From positions 1 to 36,613 of the forward strand of contig CAXNAD020000044.1 in the NCBI GenBank assembly GCA_964200185.2: a DNA stretch of 36,613 bases. Direction: 5' to 3'. Positions within the stretch are counted from its first letter, which is position 1. Every line of letters begins with the position of its first letter. The position numbers and the translations under genes are program-made. Positions 21,883 to 33,460 of this stretch are shown here, piece by piece. The DNA is from Choristocarpus tenellus KU-1152 (Eukaryota > Protista > Phaeophyceae). The notes below the pieces were generated by a model that saw nothing but the letters and a program-made list of their open reading frames with translations, had not been told where the DNA came from and ran no database searches.

Positions 21883-22674
21883 ATGCACAGCTGACCTTCG
21901 ATGCTTTTGCTTAGGGCACTTTAGAATTCGAACAGTGCTACAGATGAAACATGGGCTCCTGAGTAGAGCAGCCATACCCATAAACCAGGGGGAAGGACAA
22001 GAACATTCAGGGTGTTGTGCTATACATATTATTGCATTCTGGATTACTACATACTTTGAAGTATTTTTTACTCAATAGGTTGGTGGATGTTCTGCATTTC
22101 AAAGTGCAAGAGTGATCCTTCTGTGCTTGCCTGGGTTCCACCCCACATATGGCTACTTGTTGCCGATTCGAACTACTGAAAGAGCTCAGTATTGGGATAG
22201 ACGTTGGGACAGTGGGGACAATAGCAATGTGTTGTATCACTTTGTAGGGTAGCACACTATTCATAATAGTCGCCTCATCCATGCAGTTCTGTCGCATCAG
22301 GAAAGAAGTTTAGTTTTGTCAAGTTTGGGAATGTAAAGAAGGTAGCATTCCTTCTAAGGCCATACATAATAGACTGGGTACAAGATTAATGCACTGAGTG
22401 AAATAGATATCCTTTCTCCTCACAGCATAGTGCTTTCATCATCAATCCCCCTCAGTGTCAGTCCCTCTTTTTCCAAGCCAATCTCTCATAGTCTGTCGGC
22501 AGGGATGCATATATATATACTAGTTCAATTGCCTCTATTGTGATATCAGCACCATGCCTAAGAGGTAACTCCAGGGTAACATCTATGACTATCTCAGTTA
22601 CGACACCTGAGCCCCCTATATTGGACATTAGTGGTGAATAACATGCACATGCACGAGTTGTTCCTCATTCCACT

Positions 22675-23883
22675 TCAAACCCAGCGTTGCCTCTGCCCTT
22701 GCCCTCGACCCATTGCCCTCCCCCTCGCCCACTCATCCACACCCATGGTCGCTGAGAAATAGTCATATGCCTCCTTCCTTGCTCGATACTCTGCTTCCAC
22801 TACGGATGCCTCTGCCTTTTCAACCCTCTTCCGACATTCCAATGATACTCTCTCCACTTCTCGTCGCAGAGACTCCAACCTGGCCCTGGTCTCCCTCCTC
22901 TCTTTTTCTATCTCACATGTATCCTCCAGTGAACAGACCATTTCCTTTCCGACACGAGGAACCCTTGGTGGATCATCCACCATACTCTCATGCCGCCTCA
23001 TATTGGGTTCACAGCTTCTACCCCTGGCCCCCATGGACTTGATGCGTAAGACACTCTCTGTGCCTTCCTCCTCTCTTTCTTCCCCCCCCGGCCTTCCCTC
23101 CCTTTGTGTTGTGCTTGTGTAATCACTAGAATGAGTTAGGGCCTCTCCTGACAGGTTCACCAGCCACTTCTGCTGGTCACTCGAGTTTCCTTGCCTCTCT
23201 TGGTAGCTACTGGATAGATTTGGGGAGAGAAGTGGAGAAAGAGAACCCTCCAGACTTTCTAAACGCTGGGAGAGTAGCAGAACTTCCTCATCCCGTTTTG
23301 AAAGTTTTGCCCATAGCGTCTCTATCATGGAAACCAGAGCTGGATTTGAGGAGGACTGAATGAGATTGGACGGCACTCCAGAAGTCGAGTTTGAGACCTG
23401 AGACAAGTCTGTTGTGTTTGATGGAGGTGGCAAAGGAGGTTGTGTATTTTTCACCTGGCCAGGTGTGGCGACTACGGAAATCAAATCATGCGGAGGGACC
23501 GGCATTTCAGTGCCAGAGCCAGGGCCAGTACCGTTACAGGGGCTAGAGAAGTTGGCCAGACTGGAGCCAGGACTACAATCACCGTTGCTGGGAAACGTTT
23601 GTTGCGGGTTTTGGCATTTGAAGGTGCCTGGGTTAGAGCTTTGTAAGTACGGGTGTGCCCTACAGCTCTTTGATTGGACTGTGTTCAGAGAGGCTTGGCA
23701 CCTCTGCCTGTCTTTCAGCTTGCTTTGTTTAAAGTAGTGCTGCTGTCGCCCCTTAGAACCAGAACAAGCAATGTCGTTTTTTCCACAGAGCTGCTTCTCC
23801 GCCGACCGAAGAGGGTTCTTCTGCTCGTTACAATGTACAGGGCACATTGAAAGGGGAAATGATTGCCAGTGATGCTCAGGCAA
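22675..23883 (-). CDS. Terminal exon, Ser/Pro-rich with coiled-coil segments
   Basis: 402-aa ORF ending in charged heptad-like segments (EKERRETRARLESLRREVERV...) and a stop. Confidence 0.8.
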   Translation of the reverse strand: MPEHHWQSFPLSMCPVHCNEQKNPLRSAEKQLCGKNDIACSGSKGRQQHYFKQSKLKDRQRCQASLNTVQSKSCRAHPYLQSSNPGTFKCQNPQQTFPSNGDCSPGSSLANFSSPCNGTGPGSGTEMPVPPHDLISVVATPGQVKNTQPPLPPPSNTTDLSQVSNSTSGVPSNLIQSSSNPALVSMIETLWAKLSKRDEEVLLLSQRLESLEGSLSPLLSPNLSSSYQERQGNSSDQQKWLVNLSGEALTHSSDYTSTTQREGRPGGEEREEEGTESVLRIKSMGARGRSCEPNMRRHESMVDDPPRVPRVGKEMVCSLEDTCEIEKERRETRARLESLRREVERVSLECRKRVEKAEASVVEAEYRARKEAYDYFSATMGVDEWARGRAMGRGQGQRQRWV

Positions 23884-26800
23884 ATCCGTGGGTGAAGAAA
23901 TATCTTTGGTGATTCTGGAGTTGTTGGCAGGGCTTGGTCACCTACATTATATAGTTCCCTCCTAGCTGGACACACTTTGTTCTTTGTTTGGTGACTTGCA
24001 GCATCCCTTTTCCGAACATTTTGAGTTGACAGAGTTTTTGGTGAGTTTCAATCCTTGTTCTTGCTGACTGACAACTTGTACGTACAAGTTTTTGTTGCTT
24101 CAAGAATTTTCTTCGATTCAAGAGCTCTGGTCTCGCTATCTTGACTTGGCTTGTATGAAACTTGAAGTCTCAGGTCAGGTAGAAGAGACCATACTGTGTA
24201 ATGAGCATCACAAATATACGGTAAAGAGAAGAGTGGTCTAGAAGAGACAATAGGACATCATGCATGCCTTCTATTGGGAAGTAGGCAGGATAACCTTTCA
24301 TCACGAAGCAGAAAACCTGTATGCCCCAAGGAGTGGATCATGACAAAGATGTAGCACCTTGTTCACCTTTCTAGCACGTTCCACTGATAGTTGATGCCGC
24401 AGTCCTTCCAACTCAGTCTGCATTGCCCCAGCTCTTTTCACCCACTCCATGCGTTCCTGGTTTGTTCTTACCTTGGCGGCAATCCTCTCTGCTGTGAGAT
24501 CCTTCTGGTACTTTTCTTCCAGTTCCAGTTCACGCTGCAGTATACATTTTAAAAAGAACAATGGCGCCAAATGACACATTGGAAGTAACTTTACCTCATC
24601 AAACAGATAAACAACATTGAGTATCAAACAAAAACGCGTTTTACTCATTGTGTGAGCCACGTTGTCCCGTGCGTAAGACTTGCTCACCCTCTTCGCCTTA
24701 GCCATGGACTGTTCCCTGCAAGTTCTGATTCCGGCCTTGAGATTTCTCACCTCCTCGGCGAGATGAAATGCCTCCGCAGCATACCTGTGCCAAATTTGAA
24801 GATCAGAGTAAATAATCGACATCAATTTTAGTACCTTGATCACCGCAAGCAAGGTTTGAAGCAATACCACGGACTACAGCGTTGAGGTGGTGGAAACCAG
24901 AGTACATAGTATATGCACTGAGTAAAGCATCTAACTTTGAACACGCCTGCCTTGTAAGCAAAGAGTCCGGAGTGTGACAGTGATGTATGCTTTTGTATTC
25001 TTGTTTGCTATCAATTTTGGGGTAATGGCATGATTCACACCAGAAATCCCTTCAAACGTTTCAGGTTGGATATTGTTGCTGTAATTGATAATAATAATAA
25101 TGACAACAATAATAGCCAAATAACTAGTTGCAACTTTTTCTTGCCTCTTTCATGAATGTGATACTTGTCCACCTTAGGCACCAAGGGGCACAATTGAAGT
25201 GCATCAACAGAGCAAGATGTATTCACGCTTTTTTTTTATCCTACTGCCTGTCTGTGTTGAACACAGGGTGTTTGGGTGTGAGAAAGACAAAGAGGTTAGA
25301 CAGAAATGCTCACCTAGAAAAAACGCCCGAAGTGTATTCAAACCCAGCTGGGCCAATAATCTTTTACTTTTGAGTTGATGAGAAAGGTAATAAGAATAGT
25401 ATATATATATATGTAACAAATAGAGCTCACTAGTGTTGTGGTGGGAAGCACAAACATTCATCTTGCCTTGAAAGTACAGAAATTCATTTCACCCTGTCCC
25501 AAGGCAATCGGGTAGAAAATTGTATGTTGGGGCCAATTTTTGGCAGTAGTTTCTGGCATGGCCCATTTAGTTTGGATCCAAAAAGGAAGCAGTAGTGGTA
25601 ATGGAGTGTTACTTGGTATACCCAATGGAATGTAATGCGGGGTCTGAAACACTTCCTTTCCTCCTTTTCAAGCCCCAGGGTGCTGGAATACGGTCACGGT
25701 TACGGCTAGGAATACTCTTGAGCAACAGGAGTAGTGGTACAATTATCTGGATATATCCTAATGATATGCTGATTGTATTTTAATCTTAGGGTTAGTTCAA
25801 AAACAGTGGTATTTAGCACCGTTTTCAAATGGAACTAGATGTTTGCCGTAGCCACACCCCAACTAACCTCCTGACACCTCCTTCAACTTTAGTAAGTCAG
25901 CATCCAATCAAAACGGGAAACAGATCTTTGCTTGCAGGTGCGTGCACTACTGCAAGTGTTCTCCTTCTAAGCCCTCGCCATACAGAGTCACTGCCAAGCT
26001 TCCACTAAACACAATAAATCTTATTCTCATGCCAGTGAATTGTTGACTGCAAAAAAAAGTTTGGAATTTTCTCTCTGCACTAGTTATGTCCAACAATCTA
26101 CACACGATAAGATCTGATTGACAAATTCACATGCTATTGCAGGACCCAGCCCCAACATGTAACTTGACCTTGCCCTAATATTATTAATCCAACCGCATGT
26201 CCTCAATCTGAACCCATGTCTAATCGCACTTAACGACCCCTCGGTAAGAAAAAATATCTTGCACATAGTCAAATGCAAGCACCTATAATGTCTTCTTACC
26301 TGCTTTGAACGGAGGACCGAATGTTGTCCCATACAGTCAATTCCCTCTCCTCCTTCTCTCCCTTGTCCCTAGGCTTTTGCTTGCTGTGCTCAACTGCTCC
26401 AAGTCTATCTCTTGAGCATGACCCCTCAATCATAGCCCCACCTGCTCTGCTTGCTCCAATTGACCCACTCTTTCCCAAGTTTTTTTGGTGATCCTCATCG
26501 CAGGTTTTAATTGAACCTTTGAACTGCTTGTAATGCTGTTCATGAAGGGGCAAGGCAGTGCTGTGCGCGTTTCGGGGGACATAATTTTTGCTTTTGGAAT
26601 TGACTCTGTCCACTCCCTTGTTCATGTTAGCATCTGTACTCATCTCAATAGCTGCTGCACTGTGAGGTCCCAGGAGAGCTATCCCCCTTGACCCTGCATT
26701 GACCCCCCCCCCCAAGCCCCGACTTGCGTCAGGGCCCGCCTCACCCGCCGACTCAAGTCCCGATTTGGATCAGGACCAGCTTCAACAGATGAATCAATCC

Positions 26801-29800
26801 TTGTGCCGCTGAGATGGCCCCCACAGTTTTCAGGATTAGATGCACATGTGGAAGGTTCTGAATGGTTCATGGTGTGTGGATCTGACTTGTTGGAAATGGA
26901 CGACAGGAGATCCCCCTGTTCTTTGGGTGGCAACTCTTCCCTCTTACGGGTTTTAGCAACGGCTGGCTCCCACTGCAGGTGACTCGGCATCACAGCCCCA
27001 CTGGTCAAATTTGCAACAAGATGGGAAGGAGTCGAAGCTGGTACATGTGTTACTCCTCCCTGAACTTGAATACCTACATGAGGGGTAAAGGATCGTGGGG
27101 ATCTACTGCTAGCTGGTGGGCTTGTTGCAGAAGCAGCAGCAAGATTATGTATCCAGCCAAGCCCACCACCTCCTTCTTGTGTCGGTGTTTTGGTATGGAT
27201 TGGTACGGACTTTGCAATAGTTGGCACATCGATTGTGGCCGACCAAGGGACGTTGTTGGAGGTTTGTTGCACTATAGTGGGCACCTGGGCCGCCTTGGAT
27301 GCAGCTGCCTGTGCAATCCAATTGATCTCGTTAGGATGTGTAGCTGGGGTTGAGGCAAGGGAAGTGGTCTGGACTGGGATCCTCCCGGCCATTTTGTCAG
27401 AAGCCATAGATGCTGACGCTTCTCCAGAGGAGTGATGGTCATCAGTGGGAGATGGTGGGGCAGATGGTCTGGCCTGGCCACCGCAATCCTCACTGGAGAA
27501 TACATCACTTCTAACCTTGCAGTTTGAACCTTGATCACTCTCTTCAGCTCTCCCTTCCTCCACTTGATCTCCTTTTTCTGCTCCTCCAGCAATGACATCA
27601 TCGCCCATCCCTGACACACACACCTGTGTTTCCCCATCATTTTTCAACCCCCCTAATCTGTCAACGTCTTCATTTTCTGCTTCTTGATCCTCAGTGATAC
27701 CAGCAGCTCTTGAAACTCTTTCTTGCTTGTCTCCGTTTCTCATCGGAGTGTTCCCTCCTGAACTGAGATCTATGAAGTGAGGTGAAGAATACACTTGCCC
27801 AAGGATGACATTCCTTGAGGGTACGCTCCATTCGTAGTCTCCATCCTGGAACTTGACATACAATGTGCCATCTTCATTCACACGGCCTATTGTAGCAAGG
27901 TGATACCCCTAAAATAGAATGGTTGGGATCATTGTTGAAGTAAAGCCAACATAAGTATTGGGGATGTAGTTTAGTGTTGTGATTAGTCCTGAGGCTGGTG
28001 TCTTAGACTAAGTGGATTCTGGTGGTGTGATGCGGAGTGGAGTGGCTATGCGGGTGTTTGACAGGAATTGCTCTTTTAGGAGCACGTACTTGCTCTTGCT
28101 TGGACCTTGATGTACCATACCCATCTAAGGCGCAAGCATAGTTCATATTTTACGTGTATGCCCCCGTCAGCACTGATGAGGGAGTCCACACAAGCCTGCA
28201 TGTGCTTGTGAAATAGAATATTTTCATCGGTCAAATACAGTGCGTTGAATTGTTTGGATTGTGTTGTAGAGGGAGGTATCATATCTGTTGTTTGAAGTCA
28301 ACAGTGACCTTGCAGAACCTGTGCTACGGTGATTATGACTTTGGTAAATACTCCTCACTAAATAACCTTGTAGGTAATATCTGACAGGGTAAAGTCACTC
28401 TAGAGCAAAACTTATTCTAGAAGTAGCAAGATCTCCTTGAGCACCTACGCTGCTGCGGCTTTTGGCCAGGGTGAGGAATGTTCCATCATTACTTCATGCC
28501 AAGGAATATAATACACCACTATAATCTTGTTTTACAATTATCTAGTTGCCTTAAAACAGTTTCTTTAACCCCTTACCTTGAGCCAAAGATAGGATCAAGC
28601 AGCAGGCGAAGCTAGGGCACCATCGATTCATTTCCTCGATAGCTTTCTTTCTAATTGCTTGAAGGTAGACAATGTCCCACTATTCGTTGGCACAATCGGG
28701 ACACAACAGATAGCTATCTAAGATACTCCCAGATGCAAACCCACCCAATTTCGTATGTCCTGGTTCAGGCTTGTATTTCTTTGTGGTAAAATTACTTCTT
28801 GACATATTCCTTTCTCACATGGTTATCAATTTGCTACTCACTCTCACAGTTGTATCAAGTTCAAGAACAAGTCCGTCAATATATAAAAACTGCCGCAGAA
28901 TGCCTCTCCTGTTATCTTTGTAGAAAGTTATGTTCGTAAAGATACACATATTCTTCTGACAAACATAATTCTTGCATTTCTTTTCAATGCCATTTATAGT
29001 ATTCTTCTTGGAAACCATGGGCACCACGACCATCCTTCTATTCAAACCAAAGGAGAACAGGTTACAGGCTAGATATTACTTTCAGCCTAAGATCAATGGC
29101 ATCTTTCGTTGTATATGAGTTTACAGATTATTTTCAAGTGGAAGGTCACCTCCTAGCTCTGCCCCAAGTCACACCTTGCCCCTCCTTGCCAGCTTCACAT
29201 CCGCGTACATCCCAGGCTTGGCCTTGGCTGCCTTTTGTCCTGGGCGTCTCACTCTTATTGCCATGACACCCTCCTCTTTATCACCATCCTCATACGCTAT
29301 CTCGTATGAATATCCTTCCTCCTTATGATCGACACTCACCACTTTGCCTGGAAACCAGCGTGATCGGCCCCCAAACCTTGCCTCCACCATCTCCCCAACT
29401 GCGAAGTGACCTAGGGTCGGGGACTCTGTGCCACCATCAGAGAGGTCACCTGTGTTGCTTCCCTTCAAACGCGATGAAGTCTTACCACCCTGGCTATCTC
29501 CCAGAAGACGACTGTGGTGTTGTTGCTTTACCCCCCCATTCCTTTCACCCTTCATTGTGTCGTCGTCACTGCACAATACAATATCTATTTCTTGCTCCAC
29601 TTTTATTGCCTGTCCACCTTTTCCTGATGTTTCTTTATTTTTGCTATGGTCTTTTGATTTTTTCCTCATCTTGACGCCACCTTCATCACTGCGAGAGACC
29701 CACGGGGACCTTTACTTGAGTGTCGTCCTCGAGCAATGGAATAATATGGAACGTGATGATGGCTATACAAAGTGTTCTTAAAACCTTTTCCGACCATGCT

Positions 29801-29862
29801 TGCCTGTCTTCGTTATCCAATAGGAGAAAGTCGCTGAAGCCCTCTTCTCCTGTCGAGCACAT
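22675..29862 (-). CDS. Multi-exon protein with tandem Tudor/Agenet-like domains, a disordered middle and coiled-coil C-terminal regions
   Basis: Exons 29862-29804 (tentative), 29688-29175, 27908-26300 (one frameshift at the G11 run 26703-26713), 24784-24688, 24534-24367, then a last exon ~23900-22675 (junction unresolved). FAVGEMVEARFGGRSRWFPGKVVSV...YEIAYEDGDKE and YADVKLARRGK|GYHLATIGRVNEDGTLYVKFQDGDYE are Tudor-like. Confidence 0.75.
26300..27908 (-). CDS. Large exon: second Tudor-like domain plus disordered region
   Basis: Acceptor TTTTAG at 27909; ORFs 26679..27881 and 26296..26715 overlap at a poly-G run; donor AG|GTAAGA at 26300 matches the phase of the exon starting at 24784. Confidence 0.8.
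29175..29688 (-). CDS. Exon with first Tudor/Agenet-like domain
   Basis: ORF 29169..29669; donor AAG|GTGTGA at 29175/29174. Confidence 0.85.
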
Positions 29863-30041
29863 TCTCCTCGAAGCCGTTGCAACCAGTCGAAGTTGTTCTT
29901 TGGTGTGGCGATGTGTACAACAATACTACTAATAATGGAAGAGTGTGGCGTTTCCAAGAAGACCTATCTAGGGTTAGGGGTATGCGTGTCGATTTTATGA
30001 TTTTAAGTGAGATGAGGTGATGGAAGATGTAGAGACAAATC
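29863..30041. promoter_or_regulatory. Probable bidirectional promoter
   Basis: 179 bp between divergent ATGs (29862 - and 30042 +); contains TAGGGTTAGGGG. Inferred from geometry only. Confidence 0.5.
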
Positions 30042-33000
30042 ATGGCAGACAAAGGCACATTCGAACTCTACATAGTGATAGCCAATATATCTAAGCGAGC
30101 TAATGTGCGAGCGATGATTACAAGTGCTGCTGCCTTCGGTGCAGATGTCCTTGTAGGTATGCAGATAGCGCGGTTAGTCATGTATTTTTTCAACCCTTAC
30201 CCAATGATTATCGAATGCTTGCAAGTGTTTCATTTCCTGTGGGGTGGACTATTCGGTACCAAGGAGGTGAGAGACACAGGTGTTGCCTTGTTTGCAACAT
30301 TCCGTCTTTGATAATGAAATTCTCTTAATGGGTGGCAAAGTGTGCCTTTTTCTCCATACACTTTTCCTTCAAGCTCCACCTTCACAGAACTTCACCCATA
30401 TCAATAACTCCTCCCCTTGTGTCTTACGTACAATTGTACATTCCTTTTGACCCACGGTGTAGGCCCTGGTGATCGCTATAGATCTATTCTTGCGTTATGG
30501 ATGACTAGAGTTCAATGTTCCTCTACGTGGGTTGAAGGTCGATATTGGTTGAGGTCTGCCTTGGAAAACCTCACCATCATGCACCAATGTCGGGAATTGG
30601 ACTGATCTTAGTTTCATCGCCTTTAATACACACATTACGGTGCGCACTTCAAAATTCAGCTATCCTTCCTCCATAAATATAATTGCTTCTCCATCCCTTC
30701 TCATCATCCCCCCGCGTCCTCTCGTCTTCCTTGGGTTTGTACTGGTGCTCGTACCCCGCATCCCCCATCTCTTCCATTCTGACCACGGCTCTCCAGTGGG
30801 GCAACCCAAGTTCTCTGTGGGTACACACACAGCTCCAGACATACCTGCCAGTCTATGCATCCGACAGTTCAGGGATCTTGACAGCTGCTGCGACTTTGTG
30901 CACGGACGAGGGGGATCTATGATTGGGGTGGAGATTGTAGACGGTGCAAGGAGCTTGGACGATGATCCATTCCCTTTCGACAAGTCATGCGCCTTTATGA
31001 TGGGGAACGAGGTGCGTGACAGGACCCCAAAACCCTAACTCTGTTTTTTTATACTGAAAAAAGGTTTGCTGTTACCGAAAATTCGAACTAGGTGATACAT
31101 GCTTTGTGGCCTTGACTGAACTGAATGTAGGTTGTGACACTAGGCAATACTTCAACTACCTGCTAGCTCTATGCTCACTCCAGGCATTGTGATATGCTGC
31201 CCCACTACACTGTGTGGGCATGTGCTGTCTGCAGCTCAGATAACTCTTGCTTGTAGTCGTTCCAACCTTCATTCATCTGTCCCATGCGAACCCCTCCGTG
31301 TGCATGATGCATGATGGTAGTCACAAGCAAAGGGAAGATGTGTGCAGGCTTCCTATGCTACGACATTTATGGTGTTATGAGCTCCTTGCTTGCGGTGTGG
31401 TGGAGTTGTGCTTTGAAGCCACATCAATAGACCCTAGCAACCATGCAGTTGCCCTTTGAACTTCTGCTTCTACAGCATTATTTTACGCCCTGCCTTTCCA
31501 AGTGAGATGCAACAACCTGCAGCTTTCCCCACTCCACCCACTCAACAACCACCACCACCATATCTCCTATCCTCCCCTGTACGTTGAGCCTAAGAGCAAA
31601 GGTGTCCTGCCCTGACTGTATTGAAACCAACTTGCACTGATGATTGTACTATTATGCACTCTGTGCCATGTGTAATTCCCAAACTGTGCCAGTTCACATG
31701 CCTGTTTTTGTCTTGCCTTGGCGGAAGGATGCAATCCCTGAATGTTGCAACATATAGTCAGTTGCAAGGACTATTGTACACTAGTGGTGCAGTAGATTTT
31801 TGCGGCAAATTTGGTGTTCTCGTTTAGTTAGTGGAGTTCAGGAAAGCACCTATTCCCAAAAAATTGGCAGCCTGTGTTGTAGTATGTCTTGGCGTGTCCA
31901 CAGGCTGACCTGTGATCCTGTCTGAATATGATCTCTAACAGCCCTGGTCCAGGCATGTCACAAAAAGATTGGAGCCTGTCCAGAGCAGTGTGGAATGGCT
32001 CCAATGGTTGGTACCTGGTTTGGATATTTCATAATATTTGAAACTGGACCAGGCCATGTACTTGTCCGTTCACAATTGCCTGGCCTGTTGAAACCCCCTG
32101 ATTAATAGCTGTCTCTAAGTATATACTTCGAACTAAATATCAAGGATTAGCACAACAAACCAACAGAAGGCTTTCTCATTCTGTGCCCTTTTTGATGGAA
32201 ATGAGCCCAGGAAAATGTTGATCTTACAATAATGTCGTGGTCATTCTAATGTATTATTATTTCCTGTGGTGTGGTGTAATTTTCTACGATATTATTATGA
32301 ATATTCTAGTAGCCCATGGTCACCACAAGAGACACCATGTACAGTTGTTTGAGGAGGAAAGTGGGGTGAGAATGAGAATAGATTCCCATTGGTTGTTACC
32401 CTCTCTTTTGCTGTAGTAGCTATTGCTGCCAAATTAGAACTGCCCTATTAACTGCTCAAGAATATATTGACATCACCTCTATATCGTGTGTAGCTCTTGC
32501 CCTCACTGGTCAATGATCTGTGCCTTGCTTCGGGCTTTACTTCTTAACCACACCCTAATTTGATGTGTGTTCACCTCTCACTTCAACTCCAAAACCATGG
32601 AACTATGTCCACACCTCATATATGGTGTCAAGAATTGCAGAATTGTCATGATGATTTGAATTTCACTGGTTGACCAGCTTGCTCTTGGTGGTGCCCTTGG
32701 TTTTCTCGATGCTGTCTCTGTGCTTGTGTATGGATTAGTACCTCAAAACGTTTTCCCTAGATCAACTACAACATTTATGCCCCCCCCTTCCCCAGGAGTG
32801 AGCACCTGCAACAAAGATCTATCAAGCACAATAAATCCGTCACAACACTTTCCTACCTTCACAATTTTTCTCTTCCCTACCTTGCTGGGCAAAATGCCCC
32901 CCCACTATACAGTTGATTTTTTCCCTACCCTGGGAGGCGTATCTCTATAAGAATACAAACCTTACCACCTCTTTGTGATATCCTCAGGGCAGTGGAATGA

Positions 33001-33203
33001 GCCCTCAGCAAAAAGAGCGGTGTGACAGCTTCTGCTTTATCTCCCAATATGGGTGTGGTACTGCCTCCTTAAATGTTGCTGTTGCGGCATCCATAGTCTT
33101 GCACAGGTGTTCTGCTTGGAGGGATACCCAAAGAGGTCAGGACCACTTGCAACATCATCACCAACGTACAGTTGGAGCCCAAGAGGGCATTGGTAGGGCA
33201 TGA
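30042..33203 (+). CDS. SpoU/TrmH-family (SPOUT) tRNA/rRNA 2'-O-methyltransferase, 3 exons
   Basis: Exons 30042-30156, 30797-31011, 32988-33203 (phases 1, 0). Motif 1 IANISKRANVRAMITSAAAFG, motif 2 AFMMGNE|GSG, motif 3 ISQYGCGTASLNVAVAASIVL. Confidence 0.92.
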
Positions 33204-33204
33204 G

Positions 33205-33460
33205 GGACAGACAGCTGGGTCTCAATCATGACATTGCCCCTTGCTGCTTCCTCACAAGGCTCTGTGATGCCTCCTTTAATGTGTGGTTTGTCCCCAGCCT
33301 GCGGGACATACATTGCTCTTGAGCTCACTCCTGGCATCCTTGCCTTGATAGATGGAAGAACCTCGATCTTGAGGTACCTGGACTTCTCCCCAGCCATGGT
33401 GATAGATTTGGATCTCCACCGCATCTGCTACCTGGTTCTTGTCTCACTGAAGGTTCTCAG
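33205..33460 (-). mobile_element. Decayed Tc1/mariner (plant-type DD39D-like) transposase fragment
   Basis: EVLPSIKARMPG..RAMYVPQAGDKPHI...NVMIETQ resembles VLPAIKAKWP..IxIQQDNAxPH...QPPNSPD; upstream DKNQVADAVEI in another frame resembles SKNRPAGTxE. Catalytic Asp lost. Recognised by eye. Confidence 0.6.

Noticed and set aside
33205-33460. Mariner relic as the autonomous partner of the MITE family
   Set aside because: No MITE-type TIR near it, and MITE flanks do not show consistent TA duplications.
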